NCBI GenBank assembly: GCA_964480775.1
Contig: CAYZRF010000026.1
Span: 1-24,812, forward strand
DNA length: 24,812 nucleotides
From: an uncultured Nitrososphaerota archaeon
Lineage (GTDB): Archaea > Korarchaeota > Korarchaeia > Korarchaeales > Korarchaeaceae
Direction of reading: 5' to 3'
A model generated the notes under the pieces. The model was not told where the DNA came from, made no database searches, and saw nothing but the letters and a program-made list of their open reading frames with translations. Below are positions 1 through 8,911 of this stretch, piece by piece. How positions within the stretch are numbered: position 1 is the first letter of the stretch; each line of letters starts with the position of its first letter. The position numbers and the translations under genes are program-made.

Positions 1-1094
1 ATCCCTCCGACGGTAGGAGCTGGGAAGGAAAGTATTCCTCTCACAGCATTTATCCTACCTAATGATCCAGCTCTACTCCTATCATCTGATCTCTCTGCTA
101 TGTAAGACATAAGGCTAGGAATCCACGTAGACATCGAGAGACCCCATATACCCTGAGCAATCAAAAGTTTCATGAGAGTGTGTGATTTAAGGAACAAGAC
201 CATGGCAGCCACACCAAGACCTTCAGAAAGGAGAAGAAAGTGTTTTGATCCGAATCTATCAATTAGTTTACCAACTGGCAGCTGACTGAGGGCCCATACA
301 ATCGAAAAGACCGTCAACATTATTCCTAATTCTAGATTAGATAAGCTATAGGCGTCTGTTAGCATTCCAGGGAGGATTGAAATTACCATTCCCCAAACGA
401 AGGCATCTATAGCTATAAGGAGATAGAATCTTATCTCGGTTTTTGGTGGAATTAGAGATCTCTTTATGATCTCCGATATGCTAAGTCCTTCTTTCTTGGA
501 ACCTATTGTTTCTCTGAAAAGTAAAAGTAAAATCAGAAAGCATGAGAACTCTAACACAATGGATAACATGAAAATAGGGGTGTAACCGTGCTTATCTGCT
601 ATGTAGCCTCCTAGAGGTCTGGTAAATATCCCTGGCAGAGTTGAGAAGAACATCATGATGCTGTAAGCCGTTCCCCTTTCTCCTGGTTCAACGGATTCCG
701 CGACGGTTGCATCCCAAACCGGCCAAGATATCGCTGAAATTCCCGCAAGTACCGTTGCAGGTAAAAGAAACAACCAATCGAGTGTTATTGAGGCGAGAAG
801 GTACGAAAAAAGCCCCGCCAAAGTCAGAATTCTGGCCGTTATCAAAAACGGTTTTCTACCAATCGCGTCCGAAAGACTACCAGAGATTGGCTGTACTATT
901 GTGGTAAGGATCCCTCCCATGCCTCCTATGCTCATTAATAGCCCTATGAAAGACATTGAGGCTCCTAGTTTTAGCATGAATGGTTGCTGAACTACCGTAA
1001 ACATACCTAGGTAAAGTCCATTAATGAATGCAACCGATGCCATGACCCACAAGTTTTTTCTTCTGATCTTTTTTGTCAGTTGTTTACTGTCCAT
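1..1094 (-). CDS. MFS transporter; C-terminal end runs off the window, so it is missing from the supplied ORF track
   Basis: The minus strand translated by hand from ATG (1094-1092) stays open to base 1: MDSKQLTKKIRRKNLWVMASVAFINGLYLGMF...QPISGSLSDAIGRKPFLITARIL... It has many hydrophobic helices and the MFS loop 2-3 signature G-x-L-x-D-x-x-G-R-K. Confidence 0.85.
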   Translation of the reverse strand, partial: MDSKQLTKKIRRKNLWVMASVAFINGLYLGMFTVVQQPFMLKLGASMSFIGLLMSIGGMGGILTTIVQPISGSLSDAIGRKPFLITARILTLAGLFSYLLASITLDWLFLLPATVLAGISAISWPVWDATVAESVEPGERGTAYSIMMFFSTLPGIFTRPLGGYIADKHGYTPIFMLSIVLEFSCFLILLLLFRETIGSKKEGLSISEIIKRSLIPPKTEIRFYLLIAIDAFVWGMVISILPGMLTDAYSLSNLELGIMLTVFSIVWALSQLPVGKLIDRFGSKHFLLLSEGLGVAAMVLFLKSHTLMKLLIAQGIWGLSMSTWIPSLMSYIAERSDDRSRAGSLGRINAVRGILSFPAPTVGG

Positions 1095-1207
1095 TTTAAG
1101 GTCCTGTTCATGCCTTGGCTTTTATCATTTTTACCCTAGAAACCAGTCCAGCCAGTCCTATAGTGGGAAATAATCGTTCAAAAGAACGAGCCTTATTTCG
1201 TGCCTAT

Positions 1208-2080
1208 CTAACTAATAAGGAGGGCCACGTTATCTCCTCTTCTTACTCCTACGTCTTCTGCAACTGGATCGCACTTTGCTTTGAACAATATAAGAACTGG
1301 CTTGTCAATTTCCTGCTCTGTTATCGATTCATAACACCCCATTCCCTTTGCTATTATAACATCGCAAAGTTCCAATTCTGCTAAGAACTCCTCGGACACA
1401 GCGTTTAAAAAGAGACCTATGACATCTGAGCCCGTGGTTATTAACTTGTCCGCTACCTCATTCATTCCAACGGCGAACGCATCCTCAATAGTCGCATCAT
1501 TCAATATTGGCTTCGCTTTGACGGCTACAACTACCTTACATCCCATCTCTTTGAGTTGTTCGACCAAGATTATGTCGAACGCTATTTCTCCAGCATTGTC
1601 CGCTATTATCATCACTTTTTTGCCCTGAACCAAGTAATATGCTTTCTTCGTGTGATCTATTGCGAAATCCTCGTGTGATAATAAACTAATAACGCTGGAT
1701 ACATCGTATTCGTGACCTAAGATATCTGGATCTGCGGCGTTTCCTATTACTGCTGCCTTACATGCTTCTCTAAATCTTTCGTAGCCTTCTGGTTTAGAGT
1801 TTACGGCAGTTCTAACAAGGGGGAGGAGCTTAAGAGCTCTTTCATTATCTTTTGCTTTAACTTCTATGTAAGGATCCGGATTCCCAGTTATTTCTCTTAT
1901 CAACCTGTCTTTCTTACTTCCAATCCATGCAGGAACGGCTTCATCAGAAAATTCGTCGGCCAAAAAACGAAATAATTCGATTGCTGCTTTTATCCTAAGC
2001 TTTTCATCTTTAGTTGCTCTTTTTATCGTCTCCCAACCTCTTGAGAACTCACAAAGAGCACATTGAAATTTAGCTTTCAT
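1208..2080 (-). CDS. DUF89 (ARMT1-like) family protein, probable metal-dependent damage-control phosphatase
   Basis: 290-aa ORF with an N-terminal CxxC (CALCEF), IADNAGEIAFD and AKGMGCYES motifs in the order typical of archaeal DUF89 proteins. Confidence 0.8.
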   Translation of the reverse strand: MKAKFQCALCEFSRGWETIKRATKDEKLRIKAAIELFRFLADEFSDEAVPAWIGSKKDRLIREITGNPDPYIEVKAKDNERALKLLPLVRTAVNSKPEGYERFREACKAAVIGNAADPDILGHEYDVSSVISLLSHEDFAIDHTKKAYYLVQGKKVMIIADNAGEIAFDIILVEQLKEMGCKVVVAVKAKPILNDATIEDAFAVGMNEVADKLITTGSDVIGLFLNAVSEEFLAELELCDVIIAKGMGCYESITEQEIDKPVLILFKAKCDPVAEDVGVRRGDNVALLIS

Positions 2081-2344
2081 ACCTTTGTTCTTTATAGTTT
2101 AATTTCTTAATGATGATGTTGTCGCTATCGGTCCACACTCTATGGGCTCAGAGAGATCCAGTAGCACGGGGAAAATATGTGGACCTAATTGATGTCTTTC
2201 CTCATTCATTCAATATCTACTACAGATGCCAAGTCATTGGATGCTGTGGTTAGCGCTAGAAATTTTACAATGTCTTTATTAATACATAAACACATAATCT
2301 CAATTACTGGTTCTTATAAAGATTTTTCTATTTTCCTTAATGCC

Positions 2345-2360
2345 ATAAAAGTTATATTAT
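2345..2360 (+). promoter_or_regulatory. TATA-like box upstream of the cupin gene
   Basis: ataaaagttatattat lies about 35 bp upstream of ATG 2389. A GGTGA ribosome-binding site is at 2380-2384. Confidence 0.35.
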
Positions 2361-2388
2361 CACCCTTTTTGCAACCAAAGGTGATTTG

Positions 2389-2727
2389 ATGTACGTATCC
2401 CACATTAGCAAAATACGAAAAGAAGAAGTGGATATTGCTAAGAATGTATGGGTTCAATGGTTAATTACTAAGGAGCATGGTGCAAAGAACTTTGCCATGA
2501 GATTGTTTACGGTTGCGCCTAGGGCCTCAATACCAAAGCACCAGCACCCATGGGAGCATGAAATATTCGTCCTTAAAGGTCATGGGATAATAGGAGCGGG
2601 AAACGAGGAAAGGGAGGTCGGAGAAGGTAATTTTGCATATATTCAGCCCGATGTCCCACACTGGTACAGAAACATCGGCGATGAAGAATGGATCTTCTTG
2701 TGTATGATCCCATATCTTGAGGAATAG
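2389..2727 (+). CDS. cupin-domain protein (Cupin_2 type)
   Basis: The HQHPWEHEIFVLKGHG ... YIQPDVPHWYRN pattern matches the two cupin metal-binding motifs. The track starts at TTG 2386; ATG 2389 behind GGTGA is more likely. Confidence 0.8.
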   Translation: MYVSHISKIRKEEVDIAKNVWVQWLITKEHGAKNFAMRLFTVAPRASIPKHQHPWEHEIFVLKGHGIIGAGNEEREVGEGNFAYIQPDVPHWYRNIGDEEWIFLCMIPYLEE

Positions 2728-2861
2728 GGTATTAAGGATAGTTTGGTCTAAGGATCACTTGGCGATGAAGAAAGGTTTTGTTCTGAAAGAAATGGCGTAT
2801 TCAAAATAGCAAGTAAGATAGGCAAGAAGAAAAGAGTTTCAACAAAGGTTTCGGTGATTCC

Positions 2862-4067
2862 ATGGGTTTTAGGTCCTATTCCTCAAGCAAACTAGAGCTA
2901 TATCGGCTTATGGCGGTTACTTTTACGTTTTCAATAGCTTTTATGATGATAAATCCTATTTTACCGCTCTACATAGTAGAACTTGGAGCATCAGAACTTG
3001 AACTTGGTTTGATAATGGCCATCTCCTCTTTTTCTGGAGTTGTACTCAGAATCCCTTTTGGTATGATTTCAGATAAGATAGGCAGGAAATTCGTAATGTT
3101 GTTCTCTTTGTTAACTTTCTCGATTGCACTAATCTTGATATCAATGGTTAGGAGCCTTTTTTGGCTCTATCCAGCGGCTCTTCTTCTCTCCATCCCTATG
3201 ACATCATACATGCCTTCTTCAACAGCGGCAGTTATGGATCTTACACCATCTGAGGAGAGAGGGACGACCATGGGGATTTATTTCACATCCTTTGGGGGCG
3301 CGGCGATTCTTGGACCTCTTTTAACCAGTATTCTGGTTAAATTCATGCCCTACAGAAACCTCTTGCTGATTACGTCTTTGTTTCCAATGATAGCTCTCAT
3401 AATTCTGATCCAGAGTGGTCTTTCTAAGGAACCGATGGAAAACATTGGTAAAAGGAATTCTTTAGGCATCCTGAAATCAATTAAACGATTGTTGTCTTCA
3501 AAGAGCCTAATTGGTCTAAGCCTTGGTAGGGTACTGTATTCGACACCAAACTTCGTCTTTGCAACACTCTTTCCAGTTTACGCAAATAAAGAACTGTTGA
3601 TGACAGCATCCACAATTTCATTACTCTACTCTGCTAGAGGTACAGCAAATGCGCTAAGCAGGCTACCTTCAGGGAAACTGTGCGATATCATAAGGCCAAA
3701 GAAGTTGTTGCTTGTAGCTTATGCTATTTCGTCGATGTTCTATCTGATAGTTCCTAACTTGAAATTTTTCCATTTATTAGCCATTTTAATGGCTATTCAT
3801 GGAATTGCTTGGGGTGTGAGGGTAGTATCAGATCAAACAATTGCTTCAGAGATCCTTGAACCTGAACTTAGAGGTCTTGGATCAGCTTTCTTAGGAACTA
3901 TGTTTAGTATTGGCAGATTTTCAGGATCATTATTGGCTGGCATTTTCGCGACTTTAATGCCTGTGTCAAAAGTAATACGGCTTTTCGGAATTATGCCTGC
4001 TATTGGTTCACTAGTTATCCTCCTCCTGGTGCAAGAGGAAGATACGAAAGCAAGAACTCCTCAGTAA
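2862..4067 (+). CDS. MFS transporter
   Basis: 401 aa with about 12 hydrophobic segments and a GMISDKIGRKFVM motif after TM2. Confidence 0.85.
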   Translation: MGFRSYSSSKLELYRLMAVTFTFSIAFMMINPILPLYIVELGASELELGLIMAISSFSGVVLRIPFGMISDKIGRKFVMLFSLLTFSIALILISMVRSLFWLYPAALLLSIPMTSYMPSSTAAVMDLTPSEERGTTMGIYFTSFGGAAILGPLLTSILVKFMPYRNLLLITSLFPMIALIILIQSGLSKEPMENIGKRNSLGILKSIKRLLSSKSLIGLSLGRVLYSTPNFVFATLFPVYANKELLMTASTISLLYSARGTANALSRLPSGKLCDIIRPKKLLLVAYAISSMFYLIVPNLKFFHLLAILMAIHGIAWGVRVVSDQTIASEILEPELRGLGSAFLGTMFSIGRFSGSLLAGIFATLMPVSKVIRLFGIMPAIGSLVILLLVQEEDTKARTPQ

Positions 4068-4198
4068 ATTAGCTTGATATCGAAAATCAGAGATCTGCTC
4101 CAGTTAGAAATGTTAGATTACGTAGACAGACTTTGTCAAAGTTCTCATAACACGGAAACAATTTAAGAAATCCTTTCTGGCCTACAGATAGGTGATCG

Positions 4199-5467
4199 AT
4201 GGTGTGTTCTTTTTACTTAGAGAGAAGACCCGAAGGAGAAGCCAAGGTTATTGCCTTAAAAGCATCTATGTTGATAGATGGTACTGGAGCAGATCCTATT
4301 AAGAACGGAGTCGTAGTTGTGGAGGGCGATAAGATATCCTCTGTCGGTAAGGAGGGAGAGGTACGGATACCAAGCGATGCGAAGGTAATTGACCTTGGAC
4401 ATAGGTGCATCCTTCCGGGTCTCATCGACGCTCACGTCCACATAATGGGCATAAGAGCTTACAGCTTATCCGATAGAATCGTGAATCCGCACGATTTTCT
4501 CGTGTTAAGGGCTGCCGAGGATTGTTTTAAGCTCTTGAAGGCAGGATTTACAACCGTTAGAGATTGTGGCTCCAAGACCGCTCTCTCATTGAAAAAGGCT
4601 ACTGAGAAAGGAATAATACCAGGACCAAGGATCTACGCCGCCGGAAGGGTGATATCTCAGACGGGAGGGCACGGAGATGTTCACTACATCCCAAGGGAGG
4701 AGGCAATAAAAATGGGCTGTCTACTCGCCGACGGGCCTGATGATTGTAGGAGGGCTGCTAGAGAGGCACTAAGAGATGGAGCAGACTTCATTAAGATCTG
4801 CACAACCGGAGGCGTTGGGTCCGAGAAAGATCATCCTTGGACTCCTCAGTTCACAGTAAAGGAGATAAAGGCTATTACGGAAGAGGCGCACAGAGTGGGA
4901 AAAAGAGTTGCTACTCATGCGCAAGGAGCCGAAGGCGTAAAAAATGCCATCGAAGGAGGAGTCGATTCCGTGGAGCATGGTTACTTTTTGGATGAAGAAG
5001 CCGTGGAGATGATGCTGAGCAAGGGCGTGTTCTTCGTCCCAACAATAGCTCTCTTGGAAGTATACAAGAAGTCCCTAGAGAGATCCTATGATATGCCTCC
5101 TTGGAGGCTTAAGAAGCAAAAGATGTGCATAGATGCTATGCCGAAAAGCCTAATGATGGCATACAATGCTGGTGTGAAAATCGCTGCCGGATCAGACTAC
5201 TTCGGTGCTCCCCTTAGAGAACATGGAAATAACGCCGACGATCCAATAACGATGGTTAAGGTTGGAATGAAACCCATGGACGCGATCATGGCAACAACAA
5301 AGGTTGCTGCAGAATGCATAGGCGCTGAGGATAAGATAGGCACTTTAGAAAAAGGAAAGCTTGCCGATGTGATAGCAGTAGATGGAGATCCATTAGAAGA
5401 CATAACAGCACTAAAAAGGGTTTCATACGTCATGAAAGGCGGGTCTACATTTTATTACGGTTTATAA
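4199..5467 (+). CDS. metal-dependent amidohydrolase (COG1228-like, imidazolonepropionase/Xaa-Pro dipeptidase-related)
   Basis: LPGLIDAHVHI (HxH metal motif), later conserved H, and SDY/DG motifs. The N-terminal MLIDGTG and C-terminal GKLADVIAVDGDPLEDI are typical of this family. GGTGA precedes the ATG. Confidence 0.8.
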   Translation: MVCSFYLERRPEGEAKVIALKASMLIDGTGADPIKNGVVVVEGDKISSVGKEGEVRIPSDAKVIDLGHRCILPGLIDAHVHIMGIRAYSLSDRIVNPHDFLVLRAAEDCFKLLKAGFTTVRDCGSKTALSLKKATEKGIIPGPRIYAAGRVISQTGGHGDVHYIPREEAIKMGCLLADGPDDCRRAAREALRDGADFIKICTTGGVGSEKDHPWTPQFTVKEIKAITEEAHRVGKRVATHAQGAEGVKNAIEGGVDSVEHGYFLDEEAVEMMLSKGVFFVPTIALLEVYKKSLERSYDMPPWRLKKQKMCIDAMPKSLMMAYNAGVKIAAGSDYFGAPLREHGNNADDPITMVKVGMKPMDAIMATTKVAAECIGAEDKIGTLEKGKLADVIAVDGDPLEDITALKRVSYVMKGGSTFYYGL

Positions 5468-5514
5468 TAGCACCATCCACGTAGTAGTAAGCTCGTTAAT
5501 GACGAAAAAAGTAT

Positions 5515-6810
5515 CTATATCACTAAACCAGCCCTTTCATTGACTTTCTTCCATTTTCTCTGGTAGAGCCAAGGTAGTTTTCCGGGCTTTAATTTTGCAT
5601 GCCATCTCTCTAAGAGCCTTCTTTCTACCTCAAAAGCCCATTTCGTTATCTTAAAGAGCTCTTCTTTGGTAGTTTTGCCTTTCAAATAACTTTTTCTCAC
5701 TTTGCGTTCTTTCTCAATGATTTCCTTCTGCAACTCATCCCTATCCTTAGAAAACTCTTTTATGTTCTCGTAGTTTGTCTGGAACTTTCTATGAAATTCC
5801 TCAAAGCGCCACCAGTATGTATTTGGATTGTACTTGTTTGTTGGCCTTTCTCCCATGTCTGGCAGGCCTGTTTCAACGTAAACTGGCTTAAAGATGCTTA
5901 AACAGGGCAGAGAGGTTCCAGTAAACCAGTGAACTTGAAACTCCTCGTCAAGCTCAGATATTTGTGATGAAGAGGTTTGGGAGGGTCTAGTTAAGCCCCC
6001 GAAGTGCATGCAAACGTCCCTCATTGAACCCTTTTCTGGACTAAATGGTTCCATTTGATGGGAACGAAGAATTTTCATAACATATTCGAAGTTTATCTCT
6101 CCTTCTTTTTCCTCAAGTTTAGCATAAGTAAAGGACCTTCTTTCCCTACCATGAGCGAAGTAGGTATAAAATCTATCAGAAAAGCGCTTCGCAAAGCTGA
6201 AATTCTTCTCTTTCTTTGCCATCTCTTCGATCCCTTTCGATGCCAAATCCCAGTCGTCGTCAATGGTCAGAGCATTTGATATAGAGTAAAAACGCTCAAT
6301 TTTCTTTGCAACCCAGTACTTTCCAGCCGTTTCGAGAATCCATGCTTCTTTAGGGTCTGCAATTACAAAAGAGTTATGATAAAGGAGCTTGTGTTCATAG
6401 CTCCCGCTTCCACCTTGCCCATACTTCTCTATAAGCGAGATTATAAAATGCAACGCTTCCTTTGCACTTTTCTCTCTTTCTAAGGCTAAGCGTATCATGT
6501 CCATTCCAAGAATTCCTATCTTTTCATACCTTTCTTTCGTGAAAACAGCTGTGTTACCAATTGTCAGACTGAACTCGTTAGCCCCCATCTCGGCTCCCCA
6601 AATCCACCAAGGTCGTGAGAGGATTACCGCATAGGTCTCTCGAACTTGAGGGAACTCTACGTAAGTAAGCCTAACTTTTTCTTCATCGTGTATTTTTCTA
6701 GGAATAAATTCTATAACCTGAGCTTCATTAGGATCCCTGTCGCTGTTCTTTGCGAAGAGCATTATGCCATTTTCTGTAGCTCTGGGAGTCGCAACTAAAA
6801 TATCACACAT
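5515..6810 (-). CDS. peptidase C69 family, secernin-like Ntn-hydrolase dipeptidase
   Basis: It starts MCDILVA...MLFAKNSDRDPNEAQVIEF. The Cys2 nucleophile and KNSDR-x-P-x-E-x-Q block are the secernin/C69 hallmark. The K/E-rich C-terminal roughly 100 aa are of unknown role. Confidence 0.75.
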   Translation of the reverse strand: MCDILVATPRATENGIMLFAKNSDRDPNEAQVIEFIPRKIHDEEKVRLTYVEFPQVRETYAVILSRPWWIWGAEMGANEFSLTIGNTAVFTKERYEKIGILGMDMIRLALEREKSAKEALHFIISLIEKYGQGGSGSYEHKLLYHNSFVIADPKEAWILETAGKYWVAKKIERFYSISNALTIDDDWDLASKGIEEMAKKEKNFSFAKRFSDRFYTYFAHGRERRSFTYAKLEEKEGEINFEYVMKILRSHQMEPFSPEKGSMRDVCMHFGGLTRPSQTSSSQISELDEEFQVHWFTGTSLPCLSIFKPVYVETGLPDMGERPTNKYNPNTYWWRFEEFHRKFQTNYENIKEFSKDRDELQKEIIEKERKVRKSYLKGKTTKEELFKITKWAFEVERRLLERWHAKLKPGKLPWLYQRKWKKVNERAGLVI

Positions 6811-6896
6811 GTAAGCACCAGTTAGCAGTTCAACGGTAATTTATAAAAGCCAAATGGTTCTCTTAATTCACTTCACTCTACAGAATGGCGTGGAGA

Positions 6897-7892
6897 TTAG
6901 CTTATTAGAGATGAGAGTTCCTTTCCGTATGCAAATAAGCCAGGCAAGCCACCGCTGTGTATGAAAAGTATGTTCTCATTCGTGTCAAAAAAGCCATTTT
7001 TTATTAGCTCTATGGTTCCCCCCATGGCTTTTGCCGTGTACACAGGGTCTAACATTATTCCTTCAGTTCTTGCTAAAGTTTTTATGGCTTCAACAACGTT
7101 TTTGGAAATCTTACCCTCTTCTCCAGCATAATCGTCTACTACTTTGATGTCCTCTGGGAATACTTGGATATTGGCACCTAAGAGATCCGCAATTCCTTTC
7201 GCTATCTTTAAGGATGAAGTTTTTAGGCTTTCTGCATCTGGACCCATGCTTATCCCTAGAACTTTAGAGTCCATTTTCATCAGCTTAGTTCCAAAGACCA
7301 AACCAGCCTGGGTTCCCCCCGAGCCAGCGGCGTGTACAATCCAGTCTATTTTTAGATCCCTCTCCTTTGCTTGGTTGAAGATTTCAACCATCGAGTTGAC
7401 ATAACCGATGGCTCCTATCGGAAAGGAGGCTCCCAAAGGTATTATGTAGGGTTTTTCTCCCTTTTTTCTGAGTTCGTCGGCAATTTCTTCCATTATTCCT
7501 GGGATTTCCTCCCTTTCAACTGGGAAGAACCTGACCTCTGCACCGAAGAGCCTGTCAAGAAGCAAGTTACCATTTGTTACGGAGGGTTCCCTCCCTCTTA
7601 ACACTAAAACGGCTTTCAAACCCAATTTACTTGCTACTGCGGCTGTGGATCTAGCGTGGTTTGATTGAATGCCGCCTGTTGTAATGACAACGGTTGATCC
7701 TTTATTTATGGCATCTGCCATCACAAATTCCAGTTTTCTCACCTTATTTCCTCCAAAAGCTGGTCCTGTAAGGTCATCACGCTTAATCCAGATTTTTGGA
7801 CCTTTTAAATGCTTGGATAGACGCGAAAGATGCTCTAATGGAGTTGGCAGATAGGCTAACCTTATCCTTGGTAAAGATATCTTCAAGTTCAT
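6897..7892 (-). CDS. PLP-dependent D-cysteine desulfhydrase / ACC-deaminase family protein
   Basis: LPTPLEHL...IKRDDLTG..FGGNKVRKLEF...TTGGIQSNHARSTA closely follows the DcyD/ACC-deaminase pattern, including the PLP lysine in GGNK. The ORF is open to ATG 7931. The internal ATG 7892 (MNLKISLPRIRLAYLPTPLE) gives the usual N-terminal length. Confidence 0.85.
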   Translation of the reverse strand: MNLKISLPRIRLAYLPTPLEHLSRLSKHLKGPKIWIKRDDLTGPAFGGNKVRKLEFVMADAINKGSTVVITTGGIQSNHARSTAAVASKLGLKAVLVLRGREPSVTNGNLLLDRLFGAEVRFFPVEREEIPGIMEEIADELRKKGEKPYIIPLGASFPIGAIGYVNSMVEIFNQAKERDLKIDWIVHAAGSGGTQAGLVFGTKLMKMDSKVLGISMGPDAESLKTSSLKIAKGIADLLGANIQVFPEDIKVVDDYAGEEGKISKNVVEAIKTLARTEGIMLDPVYTAKAMGGTIELIKNGFFDTNENILFIHSGGLPGLFAYGKELSSLIS

Positions 7893-8353
7893 CACGAGGC
7901 TTCCTTTTGCTGATAGCTTATTTTTTTGCACTCTTACGGATGTCTCCTAATATGTCTAACCATTCATCGAAAACTAAGATCTTTTACCTATTAGCTCACT
8001 GTAAATCTCTGTAGCTAGCTCTAGGACTTGTTTTCTGTTTCTCATCTTGCAACAAAGTTCCTTCAAGCCAAGCATTTTTGAGCGATGGGTTCTCGCTGTG
8101 GTTTGCCTGGGATCTAAGTTAACCCAGCCTAAGAACCTTTTCTTTGGAGTAAGTCAGGAGGTTAGCATAAGCAGCGCTACGATGCTTCCAAGGCTCCCGA
8201 TTACAATGGCCCCAGTTATCTCAACGACCAGTTTATCGGAAAGCGAAGGCCCCAAGAGTTTCAAAATAGAATTCCCATTGTTCACGTACTGTCCACAACT
8301 GAACAACAAGGTTATTGCTTTGATCACTTACTTAAGAAGTTGGTGAAAGATAG

Positions 8354-8653
8354 ATGGATGAGGAAGAGGGTAAGGATGTGGAGGAGTTAAGAGAAGTCCT
8401 GTCAATAGTCAGATCGGAGGTACCTGGGCTCTTAAAGGACTTGGTAGGTCCTTTAAAGGAACTTATGTCTCTTAGCATTAGTCCAGAAGAAGCAAGGGAA
8501 AGGGCAAGGGCATTGGCGGCCTTCTACAACGAACTAATTGAGCAGGGATTTCCAGCTGATCTGGCACTCGAACTTACTAGAGAAAACTTTGTGAACCCAT
8601 ATTCTCTGCTAAAAGAAGTGTTTTCTTCTAGTAGGAAGAAGGAGGAAAGGTAA
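8354..8653 (+). CDS. hypothetical small acidic all-helical protein (99 aa)
   Basis: ATG preceded by GGTGA (8341-8345). The composition is Glu/Leu-rich and typical of coding sequence. I recognise no family. Confidence 0.6.
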   Translation: MDEEEGKDVEELREVLSIVRSEVPGLLKDLVGPLKELMSLSISPEEARERARALAAFYNELIEQGFPADLALELTRENFVNPYSLLKEVFSSSRKKEER

Positions 8654-8911
8654 TTGGGGAAAATAAGGGCCCTCCTAGATATAATACTGTCAATTATGGT
8701 GCTAACCCTTGTAGGCATAGCGTTCTTACCGTACATAGGCTACATATTCCTGAAAGCAAGATGGATGAGGTGGAGGGCCCTTAGAGTAGTGAGGGCTGAA
8801 CTTAAGAAAGCTGGATTCAGCGAAGAGGTGATAAAAGAGCTGGAAAACGTGGTTATCCCTCCTGTTCCTAGATTAGGGGGCGTCTTACGTTGGTTGACCT
8901 CGAGGAAGTGA
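8654..8911 (+). CDS. hypothetical small membrane-anchored protein (one N-terminal TM helix, basic amphipathic tail)
   Basis: LLDIILSIMVLTLVGIAFLPYIGYIFL is followed by KARWMRWRALRVVRAELKK. The only start is a TTG immediately after, and in frame with, the upstream TAA. GGAGG lies about 10 nt upstream. The start is uncertain. Confidence 0.5.
   Translation: MGKIRALLDIILSIMVLTLVGIAFLPYIGYIFLKARWMRWRALRVVRAELKKAGFSEEVIKELENVVIPPVPRLGGVLRWLTSRK

Noticed and set aside
1175-1188. Hairpin cgttc-aaaa-gaacg about 20 nt downstream of the DUF89 stop, followed on the minus strand by a T-rich stretch
   Set aside because: The stem is only 5 bp, and archaeal termination does not require hairpins. It is plausible as a terminator, but the evidence is too weak to list as a feature.
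1115-1628. Plus-strand ORFs 1115-1384 and 1419-1628. Similar antisense ORFs lie inside the other long genes, for example 4213-4441, 4769-4978, 5197-5433, 6055-6279, 7144-7854, 9770-10557, 13302-13616, 14466-15020, 15628-15903, 16232-16846, 17276-17461, 18667-18864, 19273-19467, 19879-20061, 20408-21040, 22231-22669, 22878-23069, 23883-24491.
   Set aside because: All lie entirely or largely antisense or out of frame within longer ORFs that carry strong family motifs. Their compositions (Ser/Thr/Pro/Ile-rich) are typical of shadow frames.
2108-2160. aatgatgatg resembling a C-box (RUGAUGA) of a C/D-box sRNA in the DUF89/cupin divergent region
   Set aside because: No properly spaced D' (CUGA), C' or terminal D box follows within 50-70 nt, and there are no terminal complementary ends. 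It is most likely chance in AT-rich promoter DNA.
2110-2253. 47-codon plus-strand ORF (MMMLSLSVHTLWAQRDP...CQVIGCCG) in the 305-bp divergent intergenic region
   Set aside because: It is too short, has no RBS and no recognisable fold or motif, and the region has to hold two promoters. It cannot be supported from sequence alone.
8047-8346. 99-aa plus-strand ORF in the large gap
   Set aside because: It is Ser/Thr/Leu-rich and low-complexity, has no ribosome-binding site and no recognisable motif, and runs directly into the promoter/RBS of the 8354 gene. I treat it as a non-coding frame.
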